A DNA stretch of 64,000 nucleotides from Isurus oxyrinchus. Taxonomy: Eukaryota. The stretch lies in NCBI GenBank assembly GCA_026770705.1, contig JANJGN010000042.1, forward strand, positions 620,001 to 684,000, read 5' to 3'. The position numbers were made by a program, and so were the translations under genes. Under the pieces are notes generated by a model. It did no database searches and was not told the DNA's origin. It was given only the letters and a program-made list of their open reading frames with translations. Of the stretch, positions 53,115-64,000 are shown piece by piece (positions within the stretch are counted from its first letter, which is position 1; every line of letters begins with the position of its first letter).

Positions 53115-53470
53115 GGGGCATGGTAACATAGTAATTATTTTAATGGAATAAAACACGAAATCTATTTTATTGATTCGGGACATAATTTAAGATCCCACAG
53201 CGATGGCTAAAATAGTTGAGTTAAGTTCTCTAAATACAGCTGAAATTAAGAAGGCAAAGAAAAAAGAAAAATGACACATCACGAATAATCACCATGAAAG
53301 TATATTCTTATCAAGAAGGAAGAAAATGCGTTCTGTTTCATTAATGCATCTTAGTGGAAGGATTGTGCTTTAGGTCCCCTGCTTAGTGTACATGTGATTC
53401 CTGACACAAAGAGATGTACTTAAGTGTTAACTGTGGTCTGAAATGGTCGAACAAGCCACTATGAAACAAA
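53115..53470 (+). mobile_element. tRNA-derived SINE, degenerate
   Basis: Forward-orientation relative of 54350-54710 (..tgttaactg..ctgaaatggtcgaacaagccact). Confidence 0.5.
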
Positions 53471-54349
53471 AAAAAAAGTAACAGTGTGAGGAACACTCGT
53501 GATTTTCCTAGGTGCTGGAAGTTACAAAGGTAAAGCCAGCCCAATCGATCCTGCAAAGCCCTCCTCATTCACATATTGGGACATGACAGCTGATCCACAA
53601 ACTAGCCAATGGAAAGTCTGACATTGTCGGACTCGCCGAATCAAACCATTGAGAAAATGTTCCAAACTCTTCCATCACCAGCTCTGATTATGTGTTGTCA
53701 CAATGGCATAATAACAAAAAGTATAGTAAAATGTGGCACGCTATTTGGCCACAACAGGATGGAACATTTGTCCTCAAAATCCAAAAGGGCAAAATGACAA
53801 TTAAATTTAAACTATGTTCAGATATCTCTTTGAGATTTGCGAACAGCAATTAGATCTCCTGGCCTTGAAGGAAAAAGCTTTGTAATCCTGAATACAACAA
53901 TATCATTGCAGTAAAAATACTACAATGTGCATTCGTTGGCTAGTAATTATAAAAACGTCTATCTTTCAAATTTGTGCCTACAGTTTTGGAGCCAATGTAG
54001 TTTTTAACCGCCAGGCATCAGAAAGGATAAGAAGTAAAGCACACAATTTCAGTTATTGACCTGTTACAGCCATCTTCTTAATTGGGATGATCCATATAGA
54101 AAAGTCGTTTTCAAAGTGGACATCATATCAGTAGTTGAATGTTGCAATTGTGATCCATCGTTGAAAGTAATAATACCAGGCATCCAGTGTAGTTATACTA
54201 CAGATAGAATCCCATGTGAAAGTGTTTTCATAATTATATGCCAATTTGAATTTTGTCTAGTTAGCAAATCTCATGTGAATTTTGATTGCTTCCTATACTA
54301 GGCTGTGCTATTAAAAGCAGGGATTTGAATTGTTTATTTCTTCTTGATG

Positions 54350-54710
54350 CTTTCACATGTCCTGGATGTCACTAAGCAGGCCATCATTTGTTGCCCATCC
54401 CTAATGACCTTTGTCCTGAGTGGTTTACTTGGCCATTTCAGAGGGCAGTTAAGAGTCAATCACATTGTTGTGCGACTGGAGTCACAAGTAGACCAGGCTA
54501 GTTAAGTGAACCAGATGGGATTTTACAGCATACTGTGATAGTTCCATGGTCACTATTGCTGGGGCTAGTTTCATAATTTATGATTCATTCAACGAGTTGA
54601 AACTCTATCTGCTGCCTTGGTTTGATTTGATCCTCTGTCTCTAAAGTATTAGCCTTGACACCTGGATTATTAGCTTTATGACAGTGCGATGGCGCCACCA
54701 TCATCCCAAT
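54350..54710 (-). mobile_element. tRNA-derived SINE carrying a LINE-type 3' tail
   Basis: Body gagggcagttaagagtcaatcacattg..; its 3' end (catttgttgcccatccctaat) matches the tail of the LINE at 22352. Confidence 0.75.
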
Positions 54711-54949
54711 GAAATGGAGAGAAAAAACATACCGAGAAACAGAGAATTTAAGAAATCACACATACAATTGCGATGCTTTCGGTTACACTGGGGATACGTA
54801 TCTCCCTTCAGTTTACGATTGTACTTCAACCAACATATTGGTTTAATTTGTCCAATCCAGATATTTGAAGAAAGTTTATTTCAGTTTTAAACTATTGTTT
54901 CTCAATTAACCAATTATAAGGAACAATAATTCATCGAAATAGATTAAAT

Positions 54950-55560
54950 TATTTGAAAAGCAAGTATACAAAAATATATCTGCAGTCTCTTTGTCCGCAG
55001 TGCTTTAGGCAAACTCGCAAAATGGCCACAGCCTTCCCTTTCGGGCTTGAAAATACCTGGGTATATCTCAAGTTATCCTGGAAGACTCAAGTAGCTCAAA
55101 ATTGGAACTCCAGGTTAACAAAAAAAATGTTGTCATGATGCAACAGTGACACGAGTGGTACTGTTCACGAATCAGTTGAAGAGAATAGAACAAACCAAGT
55201 TTCTACTCATCAGGCAATTGAGTAACGCCGTGTATGAATTCCAGCACCAGGCAAGTGAGTCAGAGGTCCCAGCGATTGGTTGGTCGAATCAAACAAAATG
55301 TCCCTCCACCCGGTTCATAATATACAGAACAAAGATCCAACTGAAGCAGCCCGCGCTTGTAAAACTCGAATCAAAACTCCAACAATTAGAGACGATTCCA
55401 CGATTGGTCAGCAGTCGTTGAGCAGTCTTGAGTGCGCTAATTCCGGCACACTAGCAAGAACTTCAAGGTGATCCGTCAAGTTGGTCACGTGGCTCATTAA
55501 AACTTGTCAGGGGCAACATGCATTCATAAACAAGGACTGGATCTCTGCAAGCTAAATTAA
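54950..55560 (+). mobile_element. Penelope-like element fragment (second family), GIY-YIG region
   Basis: SNAVYEFQ..SQRL..RIK..P and DSTIGQQSLSSLECA, resembling the DSAIGQHLLNNPEC motif. Confidence 0.65.
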
Positions 55561-55594
55561 TTTTCCAAGGTCTTTCAAAATTTGTGTGCAGAAT

Positions 55595-56000
55595 TAGGCT
55601 TCGCTGGCTAGGTTAACATTTATTGCCAATCACTAATTGTCCTTCGGAAGTTGATGGTGAGCCGCGTTCTTGAACCGCTGCAGTCCATGTAGTGTACATT
55701 CAGGTACAGTGCATTTAGGGAGGAAGTTCAAAGATTTAACCTCCATGACAGTGAAGGAACGATGATCTGATTCAAAGTCTGGATGGTGTGTGGCTTGGAA
55801 GAGAACTTGAAGCCGATGGTGTTCTTATTCATTTCCTGTGCTTGATCTTCCAGGCAGTAGAGATCGTAGGTTGGTAAGATGATGTCTAAGAAGCCTTGGT
55901 AAGATCCTGAAATGCATTATGTAGGTTGTTCACAACTGCTGCCGCTTTGCATCGGTGCTGCAGGGACTGAATGTTTGTCGATGGGGTGGTAATAGACAGG
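55595..56000 (-). mobile_element. LINE 3' fragment (family of 1-1205), interrupted by a CR1 and resuming at 57187-57230
   Basis: Colinear with 22375-22760. The continuation tgctttgtcctggat is found after the inserted CR1. Confidence 0.75.
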
Positions 56001-56004
56001 TGAT

Positions 56005-57186
56005 AATAAGAAATTGCAACATCAGTAAGCCATTCGGCCGTTCAACCCTCCCCCCCCCCCATTCAATAACACCATGGCTGATCTGCCCCAGGCCTCAACT
56101 CCTATGTACTGCCAGCTCTCCATGAAGATCAACTCACGATATTTCAATAATCTATCCATCTCTTTTTTAAATACCTTCAGAGATCAAGCCTCCACAACTC
56201 TCTGGGGTAGAGAATTCCAGTCATTCAATACTCTCAGAGAGAAGATATTCCTTCGCAACTCAGTTTTGTATGAGTGGCCCCTTATTATGTAACTATGTCC
56301 CCTAGCTCGAGATTCCGCCACTAGATCGAACATTTTCTCAATATCCACCTGCCAACAACCCCTCCCCTCAGGATTCTGTTCATCTCAATAAGATAATTCC
56401 TCATTCCTCTAAACGCTAATAAATAAAGTCCTAGTCTGTTCAGCCATTCCTGATAAGTCAACTCCTTCATCCCAGGAATCAGCCTAACGAATCCGCTTTG
56501 AACTGCATCTGATGCCAATATATCATTTCTTAAATACGGGGACCGAAACTGTACATAGCACTCCAGGTGTGGCCCCACCGAAGCCAGCACATTTGTAAAA
56601 AGACCTCCCTATTTTTAAAACTGTAACCCCCTAGCAACACAGGCCAAAATGCCATTTGCCTTCTTAATTACTTGTTACATTTGCATGTTGACGTTTTGTG
56701 TTTCGTACACAAGAACAATCAGATCCTGCATGTTTTTGGGGTCTCTCTCCATTTTAATAATAGTCTGCCTTTTGATTCTTCCTACAAAAGTGAATGACCT
56801 CACACTTTCTTGCATTAATCTCCATCTGCCAAGTGTTTTTTTTTTCCCACTCACTCAACCTATCTACAACCTCTTTTATATTCCTTATGTCCTTTCACAA
56901 CATGGCTTCTCACCTATTGTTGTATCTTCAGCAAATTTGGATACATCACACTCTGTCCGCTCCTCCAAGTCATTGCAATAGATAATAAATAGTTGAGGCG
57001 CCAAGACTGATACTTCTGGCACTCCATTTGTTGCGTCTTTCCAATGCGTCTGAAAAGGACCCATTAATCCAGACTCTCTGTATCCTGTGTGTTATCTAAT
57101 CCTCAATCCATACTAATACATTTCTCCCAATACCGTGAGCTCTTATCTTGTGCAATGATCTTTTACGTAGCACCGTATCGAATGCG
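56005..57186 (-). mobile_element. CR1 LINE RT 3' fragment
   Basis: Reverse VGPHLECYVQFRSPYLRNDI..RLIPGMKELTYQEWLNRLGLY, and KFAEDT near 56920-56940. Confidence 0.9.
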
Positions 57187-57949
57187 CCAGTCAAGCGCAT
57201 TGCTTTGTCCTGGATAGTGCTGAGGTTCTAGACGGTAGGTCATCTTTTGAGTTGCCTAAAATCAGAGAGCTAACGGCTCTCCATTGCATTCTCCATGGCT
57301 GCGCTCGGCCAATCAGCTTCGAGTTCCTGTGATCATTTGCAATTCGGGATTCATGATGAGTGCAAGACAATAAGCTTCCATAACTTATCCCTCATTTTCA
57401 GCAATACACGTAATTCTGTACTACCAAGTGACAACTTGTGACAGATGTTCCTCATCCCTGTCATCATTTCAAAAGCTATAAAATCCTTGCAAAATGTTCT
57501 TCCCAGAACTGGCCTCAAATGCTCCAGCTGAGCCAAACCGTTCTTGTGTTTTTATCATAGATTGCTACTTATATAATCAATCTTCCTGTTTGCCAATTTA
57601 TAAACATATGGAACATGTATTTAGCTCCTGCAATCCCATTACAATCATATCCTTTATTCGAGTTTTCTTATCCTTATTCTTCATTCGAAGGTGATTCACT
57701 TGACAGATAGCTACGTTAAAGTTAAGCTGCCAACTTGTATGCCCATGTTATAAATCTGTCCATGGTTTTTGGAAGTTCAGCACCCCCGTCACATTAGTTT
57801 GCAATATTTCCAAGTTTTGTCACATCTGTAAGCTTTGAAATTATGTCACGTACAGTCAAGTCAAAGCAATTATATATATCCAGAAAAAAGGTGCTGACAC
57901 CAACTCCTGGCGAAATCTTCCTCCAATTTGAAACATTTTTTGACTCGTC

Positions 57950-58450
57950 AGGTCACTTTTTAAGAATACCGATATAAGGGGAAAACAACAATTTATACTG
58001 CATGTGAAGAGAGTGCTGATTGCTTGGCAAGTGGACTCCGGCAGAGGAATTATCATGGAGAATGCATGAATTATGGCGACTGAAAGTTAACTCCTAAGCT
58101 TTGTTTGAAATTTTAGCTAGGCAGCTTGGCCTTGATTAGTCAATGCATTGCCTTGAGGAATGAGTCAGCGAATGGCTGTCACTTATTGTGTTTCGCTGAA
58201 CCAGGTACAATGTGTGTACATGTCACTTTTGCTTACAAAGAACAGGGTCCTGTGTAATAAAATATGCAGCGTCCATTACATGCAAATGCACCACTCTGCA
58301 AGCCCAACTGATAATCTGAGTTGGTTGTCAGCGTTATTCCTAGAGCAATTAATTTTATTTAGCAAATGTTCTCGAGTTCCGAATCGCATCCAATGTTGAA
58401 CACTGTAATTTGAGCTTTACCAGCACTGTCTCGTTGGATATGTTCTGTAT
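57950..58450 (-). mobile_element. Penelope-like element 3' fragment (second family)
   Basis: Reverse CDS..HLLN..C..N.ADNQL.IIS.A..V.HL.V..A.Y..TQ.PVLCKQK. Confidence 0.7.
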
Positions 58451-58499
58451 TTTGCCCGTTTCGAGGTTCAGCCAGCATCAACATTTGCATGATTTACGT

Positions 58500-58950
58500 C
58501 ATTTAGAAACATTGTGTTTCACTTTCTTACCGCTAAATTGCACAACTTCACATTTCTGCACTTTGTACTCCGATAGAAATTCCACTCCCTTAACCTTTCG
58601 ACATCAATTTTCAGCCTCCTTGCGATCTCCTCACAGCTTGCACCCGCACCAAGCCTTGAATCGTCAGCAACTCTGTTATTTTCCAGGTCTTTTCCTAAGT
58701 GATTAAAGCAAATTGTAGCAGAGGCCATCATTGAAAGTTGTGGCACTCCACTAGTGACAGCCTGCCAGCCTGCCACCCTGAAAATGCCCGGTAAACCATA
58801 TTATTTGCTTCCTCGACATTGACCGATCTTCTACCCATGCTAATGTATTCGCTTCAAACCCATGAGTCATCATCTTGTGAACTAACCTTTGTGTGGAATC
58901 TTAAGGGATTTATGTTCGAAATCCAAGTGTACAGCATCAACTGGTGTCAA
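58500..58950 (-). mobile_element. CR1 LINE RT fragment
   Basis: WQAVTSGVPQ and VADDSRLG on the reverse strand. Confidence 0.75.
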
Positions 58951-61394
58951 AATGTATCAAAAACGATGTCACTAGCATAACCCATGAAGATTTCCTCCAA
59001 TCATAGCATAAATATCTTAATGAATTGTTCAGAATTCTAAACAATCGATTCCCACAGTTCCTAGCGACCAAAGAAAGGCTCATTGCAATTCTGGTCTACA
59101 TGTGGCATTTATTTTTTACCATTCCTATCTGTTGAAGTGCAAATACTGTCTGTCTCTCCTATTCGAAACATCTTCCTGGAGCTAATCTTTATCAGGTTTT
59201 GCAGTCGACCATCTTCAACAGCTTTGTTACCTCCACAAATTCAGCCATTGTTGTTGTGTCTTTGAGCTTCGGGTCATTATCAACTGCATTAAAAAAATAG
59301 GTTCAAATAAGGAGACTCTAGGATATCCACTTTAGGCCAATTCATCTCTGTATCCATGCCATATAGGCACTATTCATCAACATGCTAGTAACACCTTGTG
59401 AAATATATCCACCGATTCTAGCAACTGATTCCTAGATGAACTACGTGCAAGGACTGAAAAAGCCAATTGTATCGCATCCATTAAATGGATCCTACCTGGT
59501 GAAGTTGAATGGCACAGACTCCCTTTCATGGACATATATCCACTACATATTGAGATTACTTTGCATCCATCTGTTCCGTGGCTTTACTTGCAGCAACGGT
59601 TGCTCAGGAGTACACACTCTGAACATCAACTCAATACTTTGTACTTTCCTGGATCAAATTGGCATCTGCTTTCCTGGAGCACCAGCCACTCTTTAATGGT
59701 CAGGACTTCCTCTTTAATTTGTGTGCGGCACCCTGCAATGTGCTTACGTATTTGCATAAGGAAGCTCGATTAAAGTTAACTGGCCACGTAGGTCGACGAA
59801 TCAGAATTGAATATTGGACAGCTGTTCATTAACCATGTTGATCGCAATGTGACCTGAGTCACAACGATTCTCTGACACACTCTAAAAAAAGTCATTTTTT
59901 TATCCATTAAATGCGTGGAGGTGTTTTAAATATCTGCAAGAAATTCGCCTATTTCCATGTCTCTACTATCTATAAAAGTATGTATTTCTGAGTCCCAATT
60001 ATTGATCATTGAAAATTTGTCTGTCTCAATATCCCACTCCAATAACATGAAAAAAAATACAATATTAATTTATTGTGCTCTCTTCGGAGACTGTTTATAT
60101 ATGCAAGAGAAAATGCTGGACACATTTCGTTGACTGGATAACATCTCTGGATTGAGAACAAAAAAACAGGTAACCGTTTCAGGTTGATGAGCTATCAACG
60201 GAACTGCAAAAGTGTTAGGGGAGTTTTATGGACGTGCTGATTGGATGTTCAGTCAACATGCGTGGACTCTTCAGTGGACATATTCGTGAAAAATTCTTCT
60301 TGAACAGTTAATCACTTGAAATTTCCCAATCATCTGCAAATGTTGCGGCATTTATCTCAATGGGCATTCCTTGATTTATGAAGCATTACCATTCTGGATG
60401 ACCCCGAGTCTTAATCTCATTTAAGATCATAATTTCCAACCAATAGTTTGCCTCGGCTTAATCTTCAATCTTGGTCAGAATTAAATTACTTTGCCATTTA
60501 TCCTCATGTGTTTCTGATATTCTTGTATTTGGTCACATTCATCCTTAGCATTAGCAAAACCTCAGCCCTTCCTAAGTTAGCGTGGTACGCAATTTTTTTA
60601 TACTATACTTCCCAGCACTGAGATCATCTCATTCAAGTCCACGGTCGAAAATGGTGGCTAAAGTTGCTATCCCCATGGATTATTACTGCTACTTGGCACC
60701 CGTAGTACTAACTATATTCAATTCCTGTTCTCTGTATTTCTTTTCTGTTTGTTTTACTTTGGTAGTAGAGGTTAAAAAACCAATGGGAATATCTGGACAT
60801 TTTAAATAAGTTATTCATGGTGACCTGTGTATGCACAAGCTGAACACGTGGTAGAAGCAGACTGGATAATATTTCTTCCAAAAATGAATCACTATTCAGA
60901 AAGGAAAATAAATTACTATGAGAAAGAGCATTGGAACCGGACAAATGGAATAGCACTTTCAGGAAAAGGAATAATGGGTGTACTGGCCTCCATCTGTGCA
61001 GTGCAATGCTAAGCTTTGTTATCCATTCAGCTACCGCAAAACTGAAATAAAATATTAATAATTTTATCCTCAAATAAAGAAACGGCAATAAAATGGTAGG
61101 CAAACGTGCACAAGTCAAAAAAGCAATGGCGTAAACATAACAAAAGACACTGGATGGTGAAGACCTGAATGTTCTGATGAAATGGCGTCGACGTGACACC
61201 TTGGCTTTCCATCTTTCTCCTCGTGAGTGTTATCTGTTTCTATCTAATAGCAGATACTTTCATATGGATAAATTCCAGCTTCATTCCGACATCGCATGAT
61301 TTTAAATGTATTAAATGATTTGTTGTTGTTATTTTTTTTTTGCTGAGATTAATTGAGGTTCCCATTGGCCAACCTCTCGGTAATATCCGCGTAG

Positions 61395-61522
61395 ATTCAA
61401 TAGACCGCATCTGGATTGAAGGTTATGAGGACGATAACGGCAACATCTGGACAATAGCCCCAACATTCATTGTCCTGTTCTTCCTGAGCATTTTCGACAG
61501 CGCTGCCGTCACTCTGGTAAAG
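61395..61522 (+). CDS. Immunoglobulin heavy-chain membrane exon TM1 (IgM-like), copy 2, probably an orphan
   Basis: Acceptor atccgcgtAG, then (D)SIDRIWIEGYEDDNGNIWTIAPTFIVLFFLSIFDSAAVTLVK, donor AAG|GTGAGA. 128 nt, the same as copy 1. Confidence 0.9.
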
Positions 61523-61669
61523 GTGAGAATATTCAATCCTAGTGGATTGAACACTACAATCTGACAGAAGCGGTTTGAAAACTTTCTAAATATTTCAACA
61601 ATTAAAAACTATAATATGAATGCACCAGATCATAAACATCTGCTTCATTATTTTCTGCCTCTTTTACAG

Positions 61670-61678
61670 ATCAAATGA
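61670..61678 (+). CDS. IgH membrane exon TM2 (IK*), copy 2
   Basis: ttttctgcctcttttacAG ATC AAA TGA gives a KIK cytoplasmic tail (IgM has KVK). AATAAA at 62133-62138. Confidence 0.85.
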   Translation: MK

Positions 61679-63079
61679 TCTTTTCAAATGAAAAGGTTTG
61701 GACCCTGTAGCTTTTCCTCAGCTGTTTATTCAGATCTCTGTATTCTAATATAAAATATGTTCTCTTGGTGATTCTAAAGGTGAAATGTCTTCAATTTGTG
61801 ATCCCAAATCTGTAACCGAACCTGTAGCAGTATTTCCTTTTTCATGTATGAAATGTGCGAGATGATAATGGTTGTAATGTAATTGTAGCATCTAATTTCC
61901 CTAGAGGTAGGATTTCAATTGTAATTAAGTAACGTTTTCATTCGTTATTCATTATTGCCCTTTTCCCTTTCCTTTGAGCCACGGTTTTCTCTTTCTGATC
62001 TATGTTCCAGTGGTACATACAATTTACCAACTCAGCGTGCATGTGTTCTGTTCCCAACGTGACCTCAGGCATTATATTCACTTCTGTTAACTTTAAAATA
62101 AACTTTCTTGTGAAATATTCTCTGATATTACTAATAAAATGGAATGAAAAGTGGACTAACTGTGACTTTGCTGGATTCCTTTCTCCAAGGCCCATTCACA
62201 CCGCTCCATTTTCCCTATTACACATTTCTCCCAGTTTTACCAGTCTTGTCTGGGATCTGTTTGCACCGAAGACCTCATTGGGCCACCCATCGTCCCAGCC
62301 GTGTAAGGAGACTTTTACCTCTGCCTGTTTCTGGCAATTGACCGAGGTGGAATGATTGAACAGGGAAGGTCACCTCGGTGATTTCACTCTGGGCGGTCAC
62401 AGTCACATGTCTGGTAATTCTAAACTATAGTGTTCGGCTTCATTGGAGGCTGATATAGGACAGGAAATTGGAGCAGAAAACTTCCTTTAAAATACCCCAT
62501 CAAACACTCCCACCGTTGGTGCAATCAGGGTCAGAAAAACGGTAAAGATCCCTCTGCATTGTCCGATTAAACACTTTGAAGTGGGGATGCCACAAGCTAG
62601 ATATATAACACAGGCAGAATATGGAGCACAAACCAAGGGATGTTTCCAGGGACTGGCACTGATATATTATTAAGTACAAATCCTGCAAATTATTACAGAG
62701 CTTTAGGTCTATTCGACATACGGGGGGTCAAAACTGTGAAAATATTCAAAGGTGGGGTCTAACTTTATGCTGTAAGTGACCATAAACATGGGGCTTGTTC
62801 ACAGATCCTGGTGCCGATCGGATACTGAGACACTGGCTTTGCATTTTCTCTTAAATAAACAAACAGACGTAGCCCGCACCTCGCCCTGGCCCACCCCTTT
62901 CCGTTTAGCATATACATGGTCCTTATTCGAGTAAACACAGGCCAGCTCTCCACTTCCACCTTTTCTGTTAAATCCATTAGCGCTGTCATTCACCCTTCTG
63001 CTGTGATAATGAACTGTATTCCTGATCAGCTCATTCCTACTAATACCATCTCCCTGAACTCGCTGAACATCACCCCAGG

Positions 63080-63295
63080 GGTAAACACAGAAAACGCTGA
63101 AATTATCAGCAGGTCTGATAGAATCTGTGGAGACAAAAATAGAGTGGTCTTCTCGAGTCGTTATGACCCTTCTTCAGATGGACTCGAAACATCAACTCTG
63201 TTTCTCTCTCCTCAGATGCTGTTAGGCCTGATGAGTTTTTCCAGCAATTTTTGTTTTTGTTTCAGATTTCCAGCATCCGTGGTATTTTGCATTTA
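63080..63295. mobile_element. Short palindromic Penelope insertion, orthologous to 8277-8460
   Basis: Inverted arms, flanked by atcaccccaggg / atcaccacaggg. Confidence 0.7.
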
Positions 63296-63631
63296 TCACC
63301 ACAGGGATTTCGTTCTACCTGCTTCATCGTTTCGTCAGACGATACTTCAGAGCCTCCCGATCACGGGAATAACAGCAGAAGTTTCTCTTCATATCCCACT
63401 ATCTTCCAATGTTTTCCTTCTGAAACTGAGCCACTTTTATCTAATGCCCCAGAGTTCAGGCACGAGGTTCCTTGTTGTTGAATATAGGAGGGGTTCGGCA
63501 GAGAAAAATTACCTACACATCTTCAAGACTCAGAATGATATTCATGAATGAGTGGAGTTAATGCTTAAACCCTTTCTCTCTCCCAATCTCTCTCCCTTCC
63601 TCTACTGCAATGGCATTCAGGACATCTGAAT

Positions 63632-63875
63632 CAACAACAGAAAAGGTTCTAAAAACTCAAAAGTTCTTAAAGCATCTGTGGAGAAAAATATAGAGTTAAC
63701 GTTTTGAGCCTGCATGATTCTACTTCAGAGTCTTCTTATCTTAATAAAAGTCGGACAGACTCGAAACGTTAATCCCATCTTTCTCTCCAAAGGTGCTGTT
63801 GGACTTGCTTTGTTTTTCCAGCATTTTCTGTTTAATTTTAGATTTCCAGAAACTGCAGCAATATTTTGCTTTTTC
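63632..63875. mobile_element. Short palindromic Penelope insertion, orthologous to 8765-9005
   Basis: Inverted arms, flanked by the cattcaggac direct repeat. Confidence 0.7.
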
Positions 63876-64000
63876 CATTCAGGACTTCCCTCATCTGGTG
63901 GCTGCATTTTTCTTTCACCGCTGCCATTGCACATGGGATTGGGGATGGTGTATTGAGATGGATAGAAAACTGGTTGCCAGACAGGAAATAAAGAATAGGA

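Noticed and set aside
59436-59560. Possible Gypsy integrase C-terminal remnant (GSYLVKL)
   Set aside because: Too short and degenerate to support without a search.
60708-61199. 163-aa hydrophobic minus-strand ORF
   Set aside because: No recognisable motif; the composition follows from A-rich plus-strand sequence.
62916-63551. 211-aa ORF
   Set aside because: It spans a Penelope insertion and is not open in the paralogous block at 8030-8700.

Overview
Vertebrate genomic DNA, most likely from a cartilaginous fish (inferred from the repeat families and the Ig TM peptide), dense in CR1/L2-group LINEs, Penelope-like elements, tRNA-derived SINEs and minisatellites. Two gene systems are interleaved. 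(1) A birth-and-death cluster of two-exon rhodopsin-class GPCR genes resembling the GPR139/GPR142 family: one intact 326-aa gene (minus strand, 30354..28114), two full-length copies with nonsense codons (10932..14074 and 47099..49457), one decayed divergent copy and one fragment. The 70-nt first exons are not in the ORF track. The three promoters share a position-conserved E-box, an EBF(O/E)-like site and a TATA box; two also have an adjacent TAAT site. (2) Three copies of the 3' end of an immunoglobulin heavy-chain membrane form (TM1 exon, TM2 exon, 3'UTR) at about 6.5, 19.5 and 61.4 kb, with no V or C exons recognisable in the window. Family and isotype assignments come from motif recognition only; no database search was run.
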